A stretch of DNA of 64,000 nucleotides from Eledone cirrhosa (lineage: Eukaryota): assembly GCA_964016885.1 (NCBI GenBank), contig OZ024741.1, positions 164,362,001 through 164,426,000 of the forward strand. The letters are read 5' to 3'. Every line of letters starts with the position of its first letter. Positions within the stretch are counted from its first letter, which is position 1. The notes under the pieces are model-generated. The model did no database searches, had not been told where the DNA came from, and saw nothing but the letters and a program-made list of their open reading frames with translations. Made by a program: the position numbers and the translations under genes. Shown here one piece after another: positions 26,001 to 39,584 of the stretch.

Positions 26001-26900
26001 GAGTGTTTGTGTTAGTGTTCAGGTTAATGTTAGCTTAGTTTTTAGGTTAGTGTTAGTGTTCAAGTTAATGTTAGTTTTAGTGTTAGAGATTGTGTTAGTG
26101 TTTGTTTTTGTTTTAATATTTGTGTTAGTATCTCTGTTAGTGTTAGTTTTAGTGTTAAGGTTAATGTTAGTTTTAGTGTAAGTGTTCAGGTTAGTGTTAG
26201 TGATTGCGTTAATGTTAGTGTTAGTTTTAGTGTTAAGGTTAGTGTTAGAGTTTGTGTTAGTATTTGTTTTTGTGTTAATATTTGTGTTAGTATCTCTGTT
26301 AGCATTAGTGTTTGATGTTTCCATTAGTGTTAGTGATTGTGTTAGCGTTAGTCTTTGTTTTTGTGTTAATGTTAGCATTAGTATTTCTGTTAGTGTTAGC
26401 ATGAGTGTTTATGTTAGTGTTCAGGTTAATGTTAGCTTAGTTTTCAGGTTAGAGTTAGTGTTCAAGTTAATGTTAGTTTTAGTGTTGAGGTTAGTGTTAG
26501 AGATTGTGTTAGTGTTTGTTTTTGTGTTAATATTTGTGTTAGTATCTCTGTTAGCGTTAGTGTTTGTTTTAGTGTTGAAGTTAATGTTAACTTAGTTTTC
26601 TGGTTAGTATCAATTTTCAGATTAGTGTTTGTGTTAGTTTTACTTTTAGTGTTAGTGCTCAGGTCAGTGTTAGTGTTTATGGTAGTGTTACTTTTAGTGC
26701 TAGTGTTCAGGATAATGTTTGTGCTAATGTTAGTTTTAGTGTAAGTGTTCAGGTTAGTGTTAGTGTTTGTATTAGTGTTTACGGTAGTGTTAGTTTTAGT
26801 GCTGGTGTTCAGGTTAGTGTTAGTGTCAGTTTTAGTGTTAGTGTTTGTGTTAGTTTTCTATTTATGTTAGATTTCAGATTTTGTGTTTGTGTTAGTTTTC
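23095..26900. repeat. Hexamer satellite grading from GTTAGT/GTTACT through GCGTCA/GCGTTA variants back to GTTAGT
   Basis: Visible directly; includes an ~24-bp higher-order unit gtcagcatttccgttagcttctac at 23680-23960. Confidence 0.9.
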
Positions 26901-26909
26901 ATGTTAGCG

Positions 26910-28695
26910 CTAAGTTCACTGTTAGAGCATGTGTGAGTGTAAGTGTTAGGGTAAGTGTTATTTTTAAAGTTTAGCTTAAAGTTAGGGTTTCTACTTTCCA
27001 GGAAAAAGGTTGATCCTCTCTAACTTGAGTGGTGTGATATAGTGTGGTAAAGTATAGTGTTTCATAGTCTTGTGTGGTATTGTCTATTGTTGTATAGTGT
27101 AGTATGGTATATTGTTTCATAGCATGGTCTGATGTGAGGTCGTACAGTGTTTTGTAGTGTGGTGTTGGATAATCTGGTAGGGTATAATGTTTGTGAATGT
27201 GGTGTGGCATGGTATAGGTTGATGTAGTGTGGCTTAGTTTGATTATAATAATACAAATAATAATAACAATAATAATAGTAATAATAATTGTTCTTCTTGT
27301 TCATTTTCTTTGTCTTCTTCTGTGCCTTTGACTGCTTCTGTGGCTTTGACTTCTTCTGTGCCTTTGACTTCTTCTGTGCCTTTGACTTCTCCTGTGCCTT
27401 TATCTTTTCTGCCATCTAAATACCAAAAACAAAGAATGTAAAACATATATGTTGCCTATCTCTCAGACTTTACAAAGTGCTGAGGAGATAAAGTTAATTT
27501 AAAGAGCAGTGTGCTCATGCACTGTGATCCAATAATGTATCTTATAAGCTATTTCATAACTAAAAAACAATGTCAAACATCAACAAAAGTATATACAAAT
27601 ATCTTTGAATGTTTAAGTTAAACCTAAATAGATCGTATCTACAGGTCATTAGGTTAGGACTGAACTAAGATCATATCTATAAATCATTAGGTTTAGACTG
27701 AACTGAGATCATACTTTCTTCTTCTTTTCGTCATCTTCGTTTCCCGTGTCTTCTTTGTCTTTGTTGTCATTTTCATTTTAGTCGTCTGCTTCGTCGTCTT
27801 TTTCTTCTTTTCCATCTAAATATTTAAAAAAATTGTAAACATATATATAGCTGATCTCTCAGACTTTCACGAAACACCGAGGAGATACAGTTAATATAAC
27901 GAGTGGGGAGCTCATATATATATATATATGGTATAGCATGGCGGTATGTGGTCTGGTGTGGTACAACATGGTGTGATGTGGTGTGGTATGATATGGTGAG
28001 GCGGGGGGCGGGGACACAACGTTAGATTAATGTTAACAATACACATGTAGCACCCACATGTGATGAGAAGGGGAAACAGTGTTTAACTAATTTTAACATT
28101 ACATGTAGCATCCATCTACAGGTGATTAAGTTAAGACTGAGGTGTAATCATATGAAAAGGTCAATTTAAAACTACACTGAGATTCTGCTTAAAATGATGG
28201 TCAATGAAGTGTTTACTTACTCAGATCCTTTGAAATAACTTTCTTTCTCTTACTGTAACTGGACATACCTACGAAATAGAAAACAGTCGAATAGACAGTG
28301 GTGTGGTGTGGTGTGATTTAGTGTAGTGGACAGGACAGTGGTGTGGTGTAGTGTAGTGGAGTATGGTTTAGTGTAGTGGACACTGGTGTGGTGTAGTGGA
28401 GTGTGGTTCAATGTAGGGTGGGGGATATGGTGTAGTGGAGTGTGGTGGGATGTAGTGTGGTAGCATGTGTTGTGATGGCATGTGATGTGATGTGATGTGG
28501 CGTGGCATGGAGAAATGTTATGTGATGTGATGAAATGTGGCGTGGCATGGTGAAATGTGATGTGGCGTGGTGAAATGTGGCGTCACATGGTGAAATGCGA
28601 CGAGACGATACGTGGTGTGATGTGATGGCATGCAGAGTGATTTGATGTGGTGTGATGTGATGTGAAATTTTTTCATCCTATTTTTCATGTGCTCT
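26910..28695. repeat. Copy 2 of the segmental duplication
   Basis: Matches 19950-21825, including the 18-bp ctgtgcctttgacttctt repeats. Confidence 0.92.
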
Positions 28696-29290
28696 CAACT
28701 AATCCAATCTCCAAGATGCTTGAAACTGACTTTTTCCCCCCAGGAAAACGGCGGGGTGAGGTGCTTCACCCTTCACCCGGATAACTCCTGCTTACTCGGA
28801 ATTTTCTCTTTGATTCTATTTTCATGCGTTATCAGTGAATATGACTTCCAAACCAGTCAAAAACAACTAGCTGTGGAGAAAGAGGAGAGGGAGAGGGGAA
28901 GAGTTATGCAGATCTACACCCCACTCACATATTGTGGGACTTAATCATTTTCGGTATAATTCCTGTGCTTTTAATTTCCTATGCTATTTCCTATGCTATT
29001 TCCTATGCTATTTCCTGTGCTATAGCACTCAAAAGGAGACCGAAGAAAAAATCATTAGGGTATATATCTACAAAACGACAATGGTTTTTCCACCTGCTTT
29101 ACCCATCCTTTTTTCTAGAACAACTAATCATTTCCAACTGGTTTGGAGGTCATATTCGTTGATAACATACGAAAAATCTTAGAGAAAACTCTGGGGTTAA
29201 ATGAGAGAAGTGCATCCACCTAAGTTTTCCATGAAGAGAGAATCAATAACAAACATCTTGGAGATCAGATTAGTTGATAACATGAAAAAA
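28680..29290. mobile_element. MITE-like element with ~40-bp imperfect TIRs
   Basis: tttttcatg..tcaactaatccaatctccaagatg versus catcttggagatcagattagttgataacatgaaaaa. Related palindromic modules at 17600-17830, 18020-18260, 21825-22060 and 22555-22750. Confidence 0.6.
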
Positions 29291-29662
29291 AGATGAGGAA
29301 AATATTTTGGGTGTTATGTGGTATGGAGTAGTGTGGTGTGTTTTTATGTGGAGTGGAGTAGTGTGGTGTGTTTTTATGTGGTGTGATGTGTGGTGTGTTG
29401 TGTTGTGGTGTTATGTAGTGTGGTGTAGTGTTGTATGTTTTTATGTCGTGTGGTGTGGTGCAGTGCGGTGCAGTGAGGTTCTTCATCTTTATCTTCTTCA
29501 TCTTTGTATTCATCTTCTTTGTTTTGTCTTCCATCTAAACAAAAAAAAAATATATATAAAACATATATGTAGCCAATCTCTCAGACTTTTACAAAGTTCC
29601 AGGGAAATAAATTTAATAAGTGGTGTGTTACTGAACAGAGATACTACAAAATAGCTTAAAAG

Positions 29663-29735
<73 letters not shown>

Positions 29736-29894
29736 AATAAATATACACGGGTGTGTATGATTGTGTATAGAAGATTATATTAATAAAAGGAATTCCAACT
29801 TTGTCTGATTTACTCGTTTTATTTACAATCCTTTAAAATTATAATGGAATTAGAATGAAATAGTATGGTAGAATATTAAGTGTTAAGTGTTAAT

Positions 29895-29933
29895 TGAACA
29901 AGTAATTTCATGCTTTCGCAATCTTCAGGTTCA
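29895..29933 (-). ncRNA. Minimal hammerhead-like motif
   Basis: ugaac CUGAAGA u-ugc-gaaa-gca-u GAAA uuac UU guuca: 5-bp stem I, 3-bp stem II, weak stem III. Confidence 0.5.
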
Positions 29934-30957
29934 TATTCTGTGGTGACAGTCAAGTTTACAATTTTCAACTGTAATGAGATGGGTAAATCTTGTGCCTTAT
30001 ATACAGCGAAAAGCGGCTACAGAATGCTAGATTTTGCAAACTGTATTTCCACCAATCGGTGTGTAGTTTCACTGGATTACTGAAGCTGATTGGTTTAGGC
30101 ATCACGGTTGGTTGGGTATGTCTAACGACTTCTATTTAGCCCTATTCAAAGCATCAATTGTTTTGCTATTTTTAGAAATGATGAAAATAGCATTTTCTAG
30201 GGTTTTTATACCCCTAAGAATTATTATTGTTCATTTACAAATGAGCGCAGAAAGCAAAGAAGAAAATAGTGTTTAAGGAAGAGAAGACTCTAACATCAAA
30301 ATATATATGTTTATGAAGTATTTTCTAATGGTAATAATATAATGTAATAAAGGAGATTAGTTAGGGTTTAAATTTGTTTTTATGTATTGTGATGTGTGAT
30401 ATGTAAAAGTCAGAAGAGCATGAAAGGGAGAAAAATATAATGAACTGAGGAGCAATAATCTAACGTCAAAAAAATATTTATGTTTACGAAGGATTTTTAA
30501 AGGTAATGCTATAAAGTATTTAAAAGGTAATAATAATTTTTATGGCCAATGATATGAAGAAAGATGAAAGAGTGGATATGTTGTGAGTAATAATAACAAT
30601 TGAGAAGTAGTTATGAAGAAAAAAGTACAGATTAGAGGTTAGAAATTAAAAGAAAAGAGGAAGAAAGGAAAGTGATAAATAGGAATGATATAGAATGAGT
30701 AACTAGTATTATATAATGTATAATAAATAATATTGAAATAAGGTAGAAAGATAGGTATATTTTTGGAAGGTTCTGTATTGTTGGAAAGTTTAGATGGTAG
30801 TGTCTGAGTTTTTTGTCGATTATTAGAATTACTGGCACTGGTTTGTTTGGTCGACTGTTTAGAGTTGACAAGTTGTTTTATCACAGGTGTCTTCCACTCT
30901 TTAAGTAAATGATTTAAAAATATCTGTACTTGGGAGTCAGAAGAATCAAGCAGTTCT

Positions 30958-31035
30958 TTCATATATTCTTCAACATCTAAGTTTCATATATTCTTCAACA
31001 TCTAAGTTTCATATATTCTTCAACAACTAAGTTTT
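30958..31035. repeat. 25-bp tandem repeat x3
   Basis: ttcatatattcttcaacatctaagt repeated. Confidence 0.9.
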
Positions 31036-31984
31036 TTTCAAGACAATGGTTGTTGAGAGGACATTTATTTTTAACAAGGCAATTACAATTACGATTAGAG
31101 AAATTAACAGAGTTATTAACAAGTGACCTAGTGTTATCTATAGGAGGAATTGGATTGGAGAAGTTATTTACGATAGGAATAATAGTTTCCTGATTTAGAT
31201 TGGTATTATGAACAATCGACGAAGTTACGTTTGACGTCGTATTTGAGTTTGCAGAAACTAGCCTAGAGTTAACAATGACGTCGGAAGTACTACTGCTATT
31301 ATTATGACATTCAGTGTTGGAAGGAAGTGATTTAGTATTTAATATTTTATTCTTGTGTTTAGAGATAATGTTGGAGGAGGTGGAATAGGAAAATGTTATT
31401 ATTTGTTTGTTAAATATTTTACTATAGATATGTGAGGGAGGGAAGCATTTATTTAAGGCACTAAAGAATAATTTAGGAATATTATTATTAATAGAAATAG
31501 AGAAAGGAGCATTATACCAGATTATAATTTTGTATCTAGGTCTTTTATTTATGTTATTGGAATGATCATAATTAATTATTTTACTGTAAGATCTTCTAGG
31601 ATTGCTTTCTTTACTGTATTTGATTTTATCAGGATAACCGGCTTTAGAAAGCGCATTATTATAGTAATTGGCGTTAGCAACAAAGATAGTTTTATTAGAT
31701 GATAGGTTTGATATTCTTTTTCCAATATTACTAACTATAGCATATTTAATGTTAGTGGGGTGGTTAGATTAAAAATTAACATAATTTAGATTCTCATTAA
31801 ATATATATATATACATACATATTAGTTTTGACCGTCGGTCAGTCAATGGCAACATTGAGGACCGAGTAAGTTAGACCGCAGATATAAAAGACAGCGAGAA
31901 GCGAAAACCAACCAAACAGTGAGTGTGTTCTGTTATTAATTCTGGCAATATTACGCAAATATGACCCTCCCCAAATATAACAAT

Positions 31985-32037
<53 letters not shown>

Positions 32038-32066
32038 ATATTAATAAATGGAAACTGATATTATTT

Positions 32067-32200
32067 ACCTTTTTCTTATCTTTTGCTTCTTCTTTTCTCT
32101 TGCGTTTGTTGACGCGCTATTCCCTGGATAAAAATGGCGCTAAACTTTTCCTTTTGAAAGAATAATGTGATTTGTCACGTGATTGTGTTCACGTGATATT
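32067..32200 (-). promoter_or_regulatory. Candidate Pol II promoter / first exon
   Basis: Two TCACGTGA E-boxes (32175, 32189), a YY1-like AAAATGGCG (32131) and a minus-strand donor AAG|GTAAAT at 32068. Motif evidence only. Confidence 0.3.
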
Positions 32201-32445
32201 ACCTCTAAATATGTGTATGCGTATATACACCACGCATATATATATACACGCAGAAACACTCACATACAATCACGACGAGAACTACGATTCTCGGAACATG
32301 AAGCGCTCTGCCGCAGAATAAATGGTATTTAATTTTAATAATAATACTAATAATATATATATATATATATATATATATTTCTTAATTGAATTGATTATCA
32401 ATATCGTTTTTATGGCAAAAGATAGACCGAGAGGGAAAGATTTTG

Positions 32446-32508
<63 letters not shown>

Positions 32509-32984
32509 AAAAAGAAGAGAAAAAAACGAGACCCTTAGAAACGAATAAGAGTCATCAAAGCGATCATATGTATTGCTTTAAACTGTATTGCGAAGGGATA
32601 CACTAGTATTTGAGGTACCATCATTTGGGATTTTAACCCTCTCGGTTTTGAAATTTAGGGAAAATTTAGGGGTGACTGGGAATATTACATAATGTAGGGA
32701 TTTTCTTTTCCTTTTCTATCATTTCTTATTTATGTATTTATATATTTATTTATCTACTCTCGTGATTGATATTCCGACAAATGTTAGGGGGTGTATTGAT
32801 TATACTTGTCTTTTGTGTTTTTCAATCCAGATATTTTCATTTTTATTTTATTTTTGCGCAGCCTATCTTACAATTTTATATTTGTACTTATTTATCCACA
32901 TTTCAATATGGCTGAACGCCTTAATGTGTGTATACTTTTTATATATGTACACGAGTGACTATGTATGTGCGCGCGCGTGCGTCT

Positions 32985-33070
<86 letters not shown>

Positions 33071-33809
33071 AGGTGTTTCTGTGTGTGTGTATGTATATAT
33101 TATGCGTATGTGTACGTGTCTTTATATCCGTGTTTTTGACATCTCGGTTTTATGTTTTGTTCCCTTTTTCTTCGCCCCCCTTCCTTTTTTTACTTACTCA
33201 GTTTCATACGAGGGTATGTAAACAGGTTTATATGCGTGAGTATAGGTATGTGTGTGTGTGTGTGTGTATGTACGTATCGAACGTATGGAAGTGTAAGTGC
33301 GCGTGTTTATATAACCATAATTATTTTTACATTTCTTTTGTGAGACACGCGTGTCTGTGTATGTATATACCCCTCTTTTTTTGTTTTCTTTAATTTTTTC
33401 TTTCTAATTTATCGTTATTATATTTTTATAAATATATCGAGACTGACCCTTTTCTTTTAATTATTACACTCCCTTACCTCCTTTCTTTCCGCACCTAAGC
33501 GTACGAGTGTCCAGGCGTTTTATGCGCGCGCCTTTCATATTCGTATATTTACGATGTAACCATTTCTGTTTGTATAATACAGACATATAGATACATTTGC
33601 CCTATTTTAGAATTACGCACACTTTCTCACTATACATGTACATGTACACATATACATATATGCACATCTGTGAGCGCATATACATACATATACACACACC
33701 TAACTATATTTCTTGATAGATTTTTATATATTTCAATTTCTATTTCATTTATCTATATCTTTTTTTGATTTTCTTGATGTGTTTTTCTAAGTATTTGCCC
33801 ATGTTTTAT

Positions 33810-33887
33810 ATTGCCTCGTCTGACGAACGAATGAAGTCGTTTATTTCGTATTCGCCTCATTCGGGAAACCTCTGGTAATGAGGTAAT
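33810..33887 (+). ncRNA. Type I hammerhead ribozyme
   Basis: auugccucgu CUGACGA a-cgaauga...ucauucg-g GAAA cc-ucu-gg UA augagguaau: 10-bp stem I, 7-bp stem II, GUA triplet. Confidence 0.8.
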
Positions 33888-34033
33888 TATATTGTATTGA
33901 TTTTTATACATTATATATATATATATATATATGTGTGGATGAAGTAATTCCGTCGGAAAAGTCCAGGAAAGAAGAGTGCTCTATGTAGGTAACAGAGCTT
34001 AATAGTTATGTAATAAACAACATAAGGCAATTA

Positions 34034-34093
34034 TTCCATTTACCAGTGGTTTCTTAAAAGCAAAAGATTTTGCTTTCAATCCTCAGAATGAAA
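34034..34093 (-). ncRNA. Type I hammerhead ribozyme (PLE family A)
   Basis: uuucauu CUGAGGA uugaaagcaaaa-uc-uuuugcuuuuaa GAAA ccacugg UA aauggaa. Confidence 0.85.
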
Positions 34094-34232
34094 AAATTCT
34101 GGTCTGTTTATTGAATTTCGATTTTAAAAACAAAAATGCAATCTATATGAAAGTGAGGCTGGAGAAGGAAGAAGGAAAGGAAAAATAAAATAAAACTACA
34201 CATGCAAACACACACACAAAAACACACAAAAG

Positions 34233-34359
<127 letters not shown>

Positions 34360-34583
34360 ACACATATATATACATATACATACACACACACACATATATA
34401 CACACATCTATATGTGTATATAAATACACACAAACACATACATATACACATATATACATACGCACATAAATATCAACACATCCATATACACATACATATA
34501 TACAACCACACACGCATATATACACACATACATACACATAGAAACATAAATATAAATACATATACATACACACATATACATAC

Positions 34584-34617
<34 letters not shown>

Positions 34618-35050
34618 ATGTATGTGTACAAGCATACACATACACAAACATAGCCATACACACATACATATACATACATACATACATGCACACAATCATA
34701 CATATATACACACGATCATATATACACATACATAAATGCACTCCTCTACATATTCACACACGCAAATAAATATAAGAAAAAATATAGATATATATATAAA
34801 AAAAAAAAAAAATTTTGACAGCGATACAAACTGCAGGTAACTGGACAGACACGCGTGGTAGGTAATACACACAAATGCACGTATACATACGTACGAAATA
34901 GTAAATACATACACACACTCTCGCACATAAATATACATATACAAATACATAAACACATACAAATACGCAAATACATGCACAAACACGCACACGCACACGT
35001 ATACAATTATACACACACACATACACACACATATGTATATGTAATTATAT

Positions 35051-35105
<55 letters not shown>

Positions 35106-35231
35106 AATATAAAAATACACACACACACACACACATATATGTATACATACACACACACATACATAGCTATACAATTATACACATACAAATACGTACATAT
35201 CATAAACACGCACAACCAAATACAAACACAC

Positions 35232-35268
<37 letters not shown>

Positions 35269-35393
35269 CATACATACACATACATACACATATACATATG
35301 TATGTGTGTAAAACTCAGTCTTAGATAATTCATATGAACCTTACATATATATAGTAGTAAGGTAATAAAGTAATAAGCAACATAAAGCAATTA

Positions 35394-35453
35394 TTCCATT
35401 CACCAGTGGTTTCTTAAAAGCAAAAAATGTTTCCTTCAATCTTCAGAATGAAA
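35394..35453 (-). ncRNA. Hammerhead motif (family A) with GUG triplet, likely inactive
   Basis: CUGAAGA...GAAA ccacugg UG; stem II partly decayed. Confidence 0.65.
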
Positions 35454-35490
35454 AAACCTGGTCTATGTACATATACATACATATACACAC

Positions 35491-35549
<59 letters not shown>

Positions 35550-35899
35550 AATATACATACACATACACAGGTATGTGAAGGGCAAGGCAAAAATAATATA
35601 TGGGGGGGGGGGGCACATAGGAAAAGGTGAATTATAAGGGGAGGTAAGGGAGAAAAAAATATATATACAAGAGTACAGAACGTAGATTCAGCAAAATAAA
35701 AACCGTAGCAGAAGTAAAGAGCAGAGAGTTCAAGGCGGTTGATTTATCATAGGAGTGTCAATCCAGTTACAGATCAGATGCGATTTCAGATGAGGACAGC
35801 ATCTGAAGATCTCAGTCTTTGAGTTGAGGCAAGCGGAAGTGGCTCTAAAGTTTAGCAAAATCCTATACTTTTCTGTGGTACACAAAGAACAATTCTTTG

Positions 35900-37422
35900 T
35901 GCCCCTTGCAAGTAAGAAAATCTTAAGAAAAATAATTCTCCAAATTAGAACTAACACTGACCTATCACAGTGGCTAAATACTTCCTCTGTTATTTCTTGG
36001 TTTAATAATATACAAGGTAAAAATAAGTGTAGATTTACCCAATTTGATATTGGCGATTTTTACCCATCTATTACTGTTTCCTTATTAACTAATGCCTTAG
36101 ATTTTGCAAGACCCTTCAGTAATATTTCTAAATTAGAAGAAGACATTATCTTTCATGCTAGAAAAACTTTACTCTTTACTAATGATAATATTTGGGTTAA
36201 AAAGTCAAACCCTGAAAACTCTTTTGATGTTGCAATGGGTTCATATGACAGTGCGGATGTGTGTGACTTCGTAGGATTATTCCTTCTCCACACCCTCAAA
36301 GAGAAATTTCCGTCCCATAATATCGGTTTATACCGTGATGACGGATTAGCAGTTTCTCATACCACCAACGGCCATAACCTTGATAAATTCCGTAAAGATT
36401 TAATCAATACTTTTGCTAATCTTAACCTTAAAATCACTATAGATACGAACCTTACTAATGCTAACTTTCTTGATATTAATCTTGATCTACTTACCGCCTC
36501 TTTTAAACCCTATCATAAACCTAATGAAAATCTTAGGTATATACACAAAGAGTCTTGCCATCCCCCTATAGTTTTTAATAATCTTATTCCTAACATTAGC
36601 CGTAGGATTTCTATCTTATCTTCGTCTATAGACATTTTTAATAAAGCCGCCCCTTATTATAATAAAGCCCTTAAGAAAAGCGGTTTTACAGAAAAACATT
36701 CTTATTTACCTACCCCCTAAAACTAATCACAATAACAGGAAAAGGAAGATTATTTGGTTCACACCCCCCTTCTCTCTAACTGTCAAAACTAATGTAGGAA
36801 GTAAATTCCTTGAACTCTTAGACAAACATTTTCCTCCTAATCATAGATATTATAAGATATTTAATAGGAACGTAGTTAACATCAGCTACTCTTGTTGCCC
36901 ATCTTTGAACTCCTAAATCACCAGTTCAAACCATACGAGAATAAATCCAGGATGCAGTTGCAGGAAGCCGGATGAATGCCCATTGCAGGGTAAATGTAAC
37001 ACCAAATCTGTTGTTTATGAGGCTAAGATAACACCGGTAATCAACAACCAGCCAGCCAGGAGTGAGCGATATGTCGGTATGACCCAGGACAGGTTTAAAA
37101 CCAGATTTTACTCACATGTCGCTTCTTTTCAGCACTCCGATAAACGAACATCAACGGCCCTCGCAAGTAAGGTGTGGGAACTCAAGGATAGTAACATCCT
37201 GTACTCTATTGATTGGTCTATATTAGACCATTCGAGGGAGTACCAAAGGGGCACAAAGAATTGTTCTTTGTGTACCACAGAAAGTATAGAATTTTGCTAA
37301 ACTTGAGAGCCACTTCCGCTTGCCTCAACTCAAAGACTGAGATCTTCAGATGCTGTCCTCATCTGAAATCGCATCTGATCTGTAACTGGATTGACACTCC
37401 TATGATAAATCAACCGCCTTGA
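35900..37422 (+). mobile_element. Penelope-like retroelement (Naiad-like): RT + C-terminal GIY-YIG, 5'-truncated, with stop and frameshifts
   Basis: FDIGDFYPSI, AMGSYDSADVCD, GLYRDDGL, FLDINLD; linker CSCRKPDEC (CxCx5C); endonuclease VVY...YVGMT...FKTRFYSH...CSLC...LNSKTE...CPH. Confidence 0.9.
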
Positions 37423-37604
37423 ACTCCTTTCCTGCCCTTTATTTCTGCTACAGTTTTTATTTTGCTGAATCTACGTTCTGTACTCTTGTATATATATTTT
37501 TTCTCCCTTACCTCCCCTTATATTTCACCGTTTCCTATGTCCCCCCCCCCATATATTCTTTTTGCCTTGCCCTTCACATACCTATGTGTATGTGTATGTA
37601 TGTT

Positions 37605-37699
<95 letters not shown>

Positions 37700-37736
37700 A
37701 TATATATATATATGTGTGTGTGTATATATATATATA

Positions 37737-37781
<45 letters not shown>

Positions 37782-37793
37782 ATATATATAATA

Positions 37794-38148
<355 letters not shown>

Positions 38149-38186
38149 GTGTGTATATGTATGTATATGTAGATAGACCAGGTTTT

Positions 38187-38246
38187 TTTCATTCTGAAGA
38201 TTGAAGGAAACATTTTTTGCTTTTAAGAAACCACTGGTGAATGGAA
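38187..38246 (+). ncRNA. Hammerhead motif (family A) with GUG triplet
   Basis: uuucauu CUGAAGA ... GAAA ccacugg UG aauggaa. Confidence 0.65.
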
Positions 38247-38363
38247 TAATTGCCTTATGTTGCTTATTACTTTATTACCTTACTACTATATATATGTAAG
38301 ATTCATATGAATTATCTAAGACTGAGTTTTACACACACACACATGTATATGTGTATGTATGTG

Positions 38364-38414
<51 letters not shown>

Positions 38415-38801
38415 GTGTTTGTATTTGGTTGTGCGTACTTATGATATGTACGTATTTGTATGTGTATAATTGTATAGCTATGTATGTATATGTGTGTGTG
38501 TATGTATACATATATGTGTGTGTGTGTATTTTTATATTTATGTATATATATATATGTATGTGTATATAATTACATATACATATGTGTATGTATAATTGTA
38601 TACGTGTGCGTGTTTGTGCTTGTATTTGTGTATGTGTATGTATGTGTTTATGTATTTGTATATGTATATTTATGTGCGAGAGTGTGTGTATGTATTTACT
38701 ATTTCGTACGTATGTATACGTGCATTTGTGTGTATTACCTACCACGCGTGCCTGTCCAGTTAGCTACAGTCTGTATCGCTGTCAAAATTTTTTTTAATTT
38801 T

Positions 38802-38832
<31 letters not shown>

Positions 38833-39234
38833 CTTATATTTATTTGCGTGTGTGAATATGTAGAGGAGTGCATTTATGTATGTGTATGTATGTACGTGTG
38901 TAAATATGTATGATTGTGTGCATGTATCTATGTATGTATATGTATGTGTGTATGGCTATGTTTGTGTATGTGTATGCTTGTACACACACACATATATATA
39001 TGTATATGTATATATATATATGTATCTATATGTGTGTATGTATATGTATTTATATTTATGTTTCTATGTGTATGTATGTGTGTATATATGTGTGTGTGGT
39101 TGTATATATGTATGTGTATATATGGATGTGTTGATATTTATGTGCGTATGTATATATGTGTATATGTATGTGTTTGTGTGTATTTATATACACATATATA
39201 TGTGTGTATATATGTGTGTGTGTATGTGTGTATG

Positions 39235-39325
<91 letters not shown>

Positions 39326-39483
39326 ATGTATGCTTTTGTGTGTGAGTGTGCGTGTTTTTGTGTGTGTGTTTGCATGTGTAGTTTTATTTTATTTTTACTT
39401 TCCTTCTTCCTTGTCCAGCCTCACTTTCATATAGATTGCATTTTTGTTTTTAAAATCCAAATTCAATAAACAGACCAACATTT

Positions 39484-39543
39484 TTTCATTCTGAGGATTG
39501 AAAGCAAAATCTTTTGCTTTTAAGAAACCACTGGTAAATGGAA
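39484..39543 (+). ncRNA. Type I hammerhead ribozyme (family A)
   Basis: CUGAGGA 39491-97, long stem II, GAAA 39524-27, GUA with predicted cleavage after 39536. Confidence 0.85.
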
Positions 39544-39584
39544 TAATTGCCTTATGTTGTTTATTACATAACTATATATACAAA

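Larger units (their letters stand above)
29750..31800 (-). mobile_element. Penelope-like element, 5'-truncated and decayed
   Basis: 31340-31800 minus strand: NENLNYVNF*SNHP...KRISNLSS...YYNNALSKAGY...IIWYNAPFS...FPPSHIYSKIFN, homologous to the PLE at 35900-37420. HHR-like motif at the 3' end. Confidence 0.75.

Noticed and set aside
18320-26595. Long LV-, TN-, SV- and ADA-rich ORFs
   Set aside because: Translations of hexamer satellites, open on both strands and in several frames; no domain evidence.
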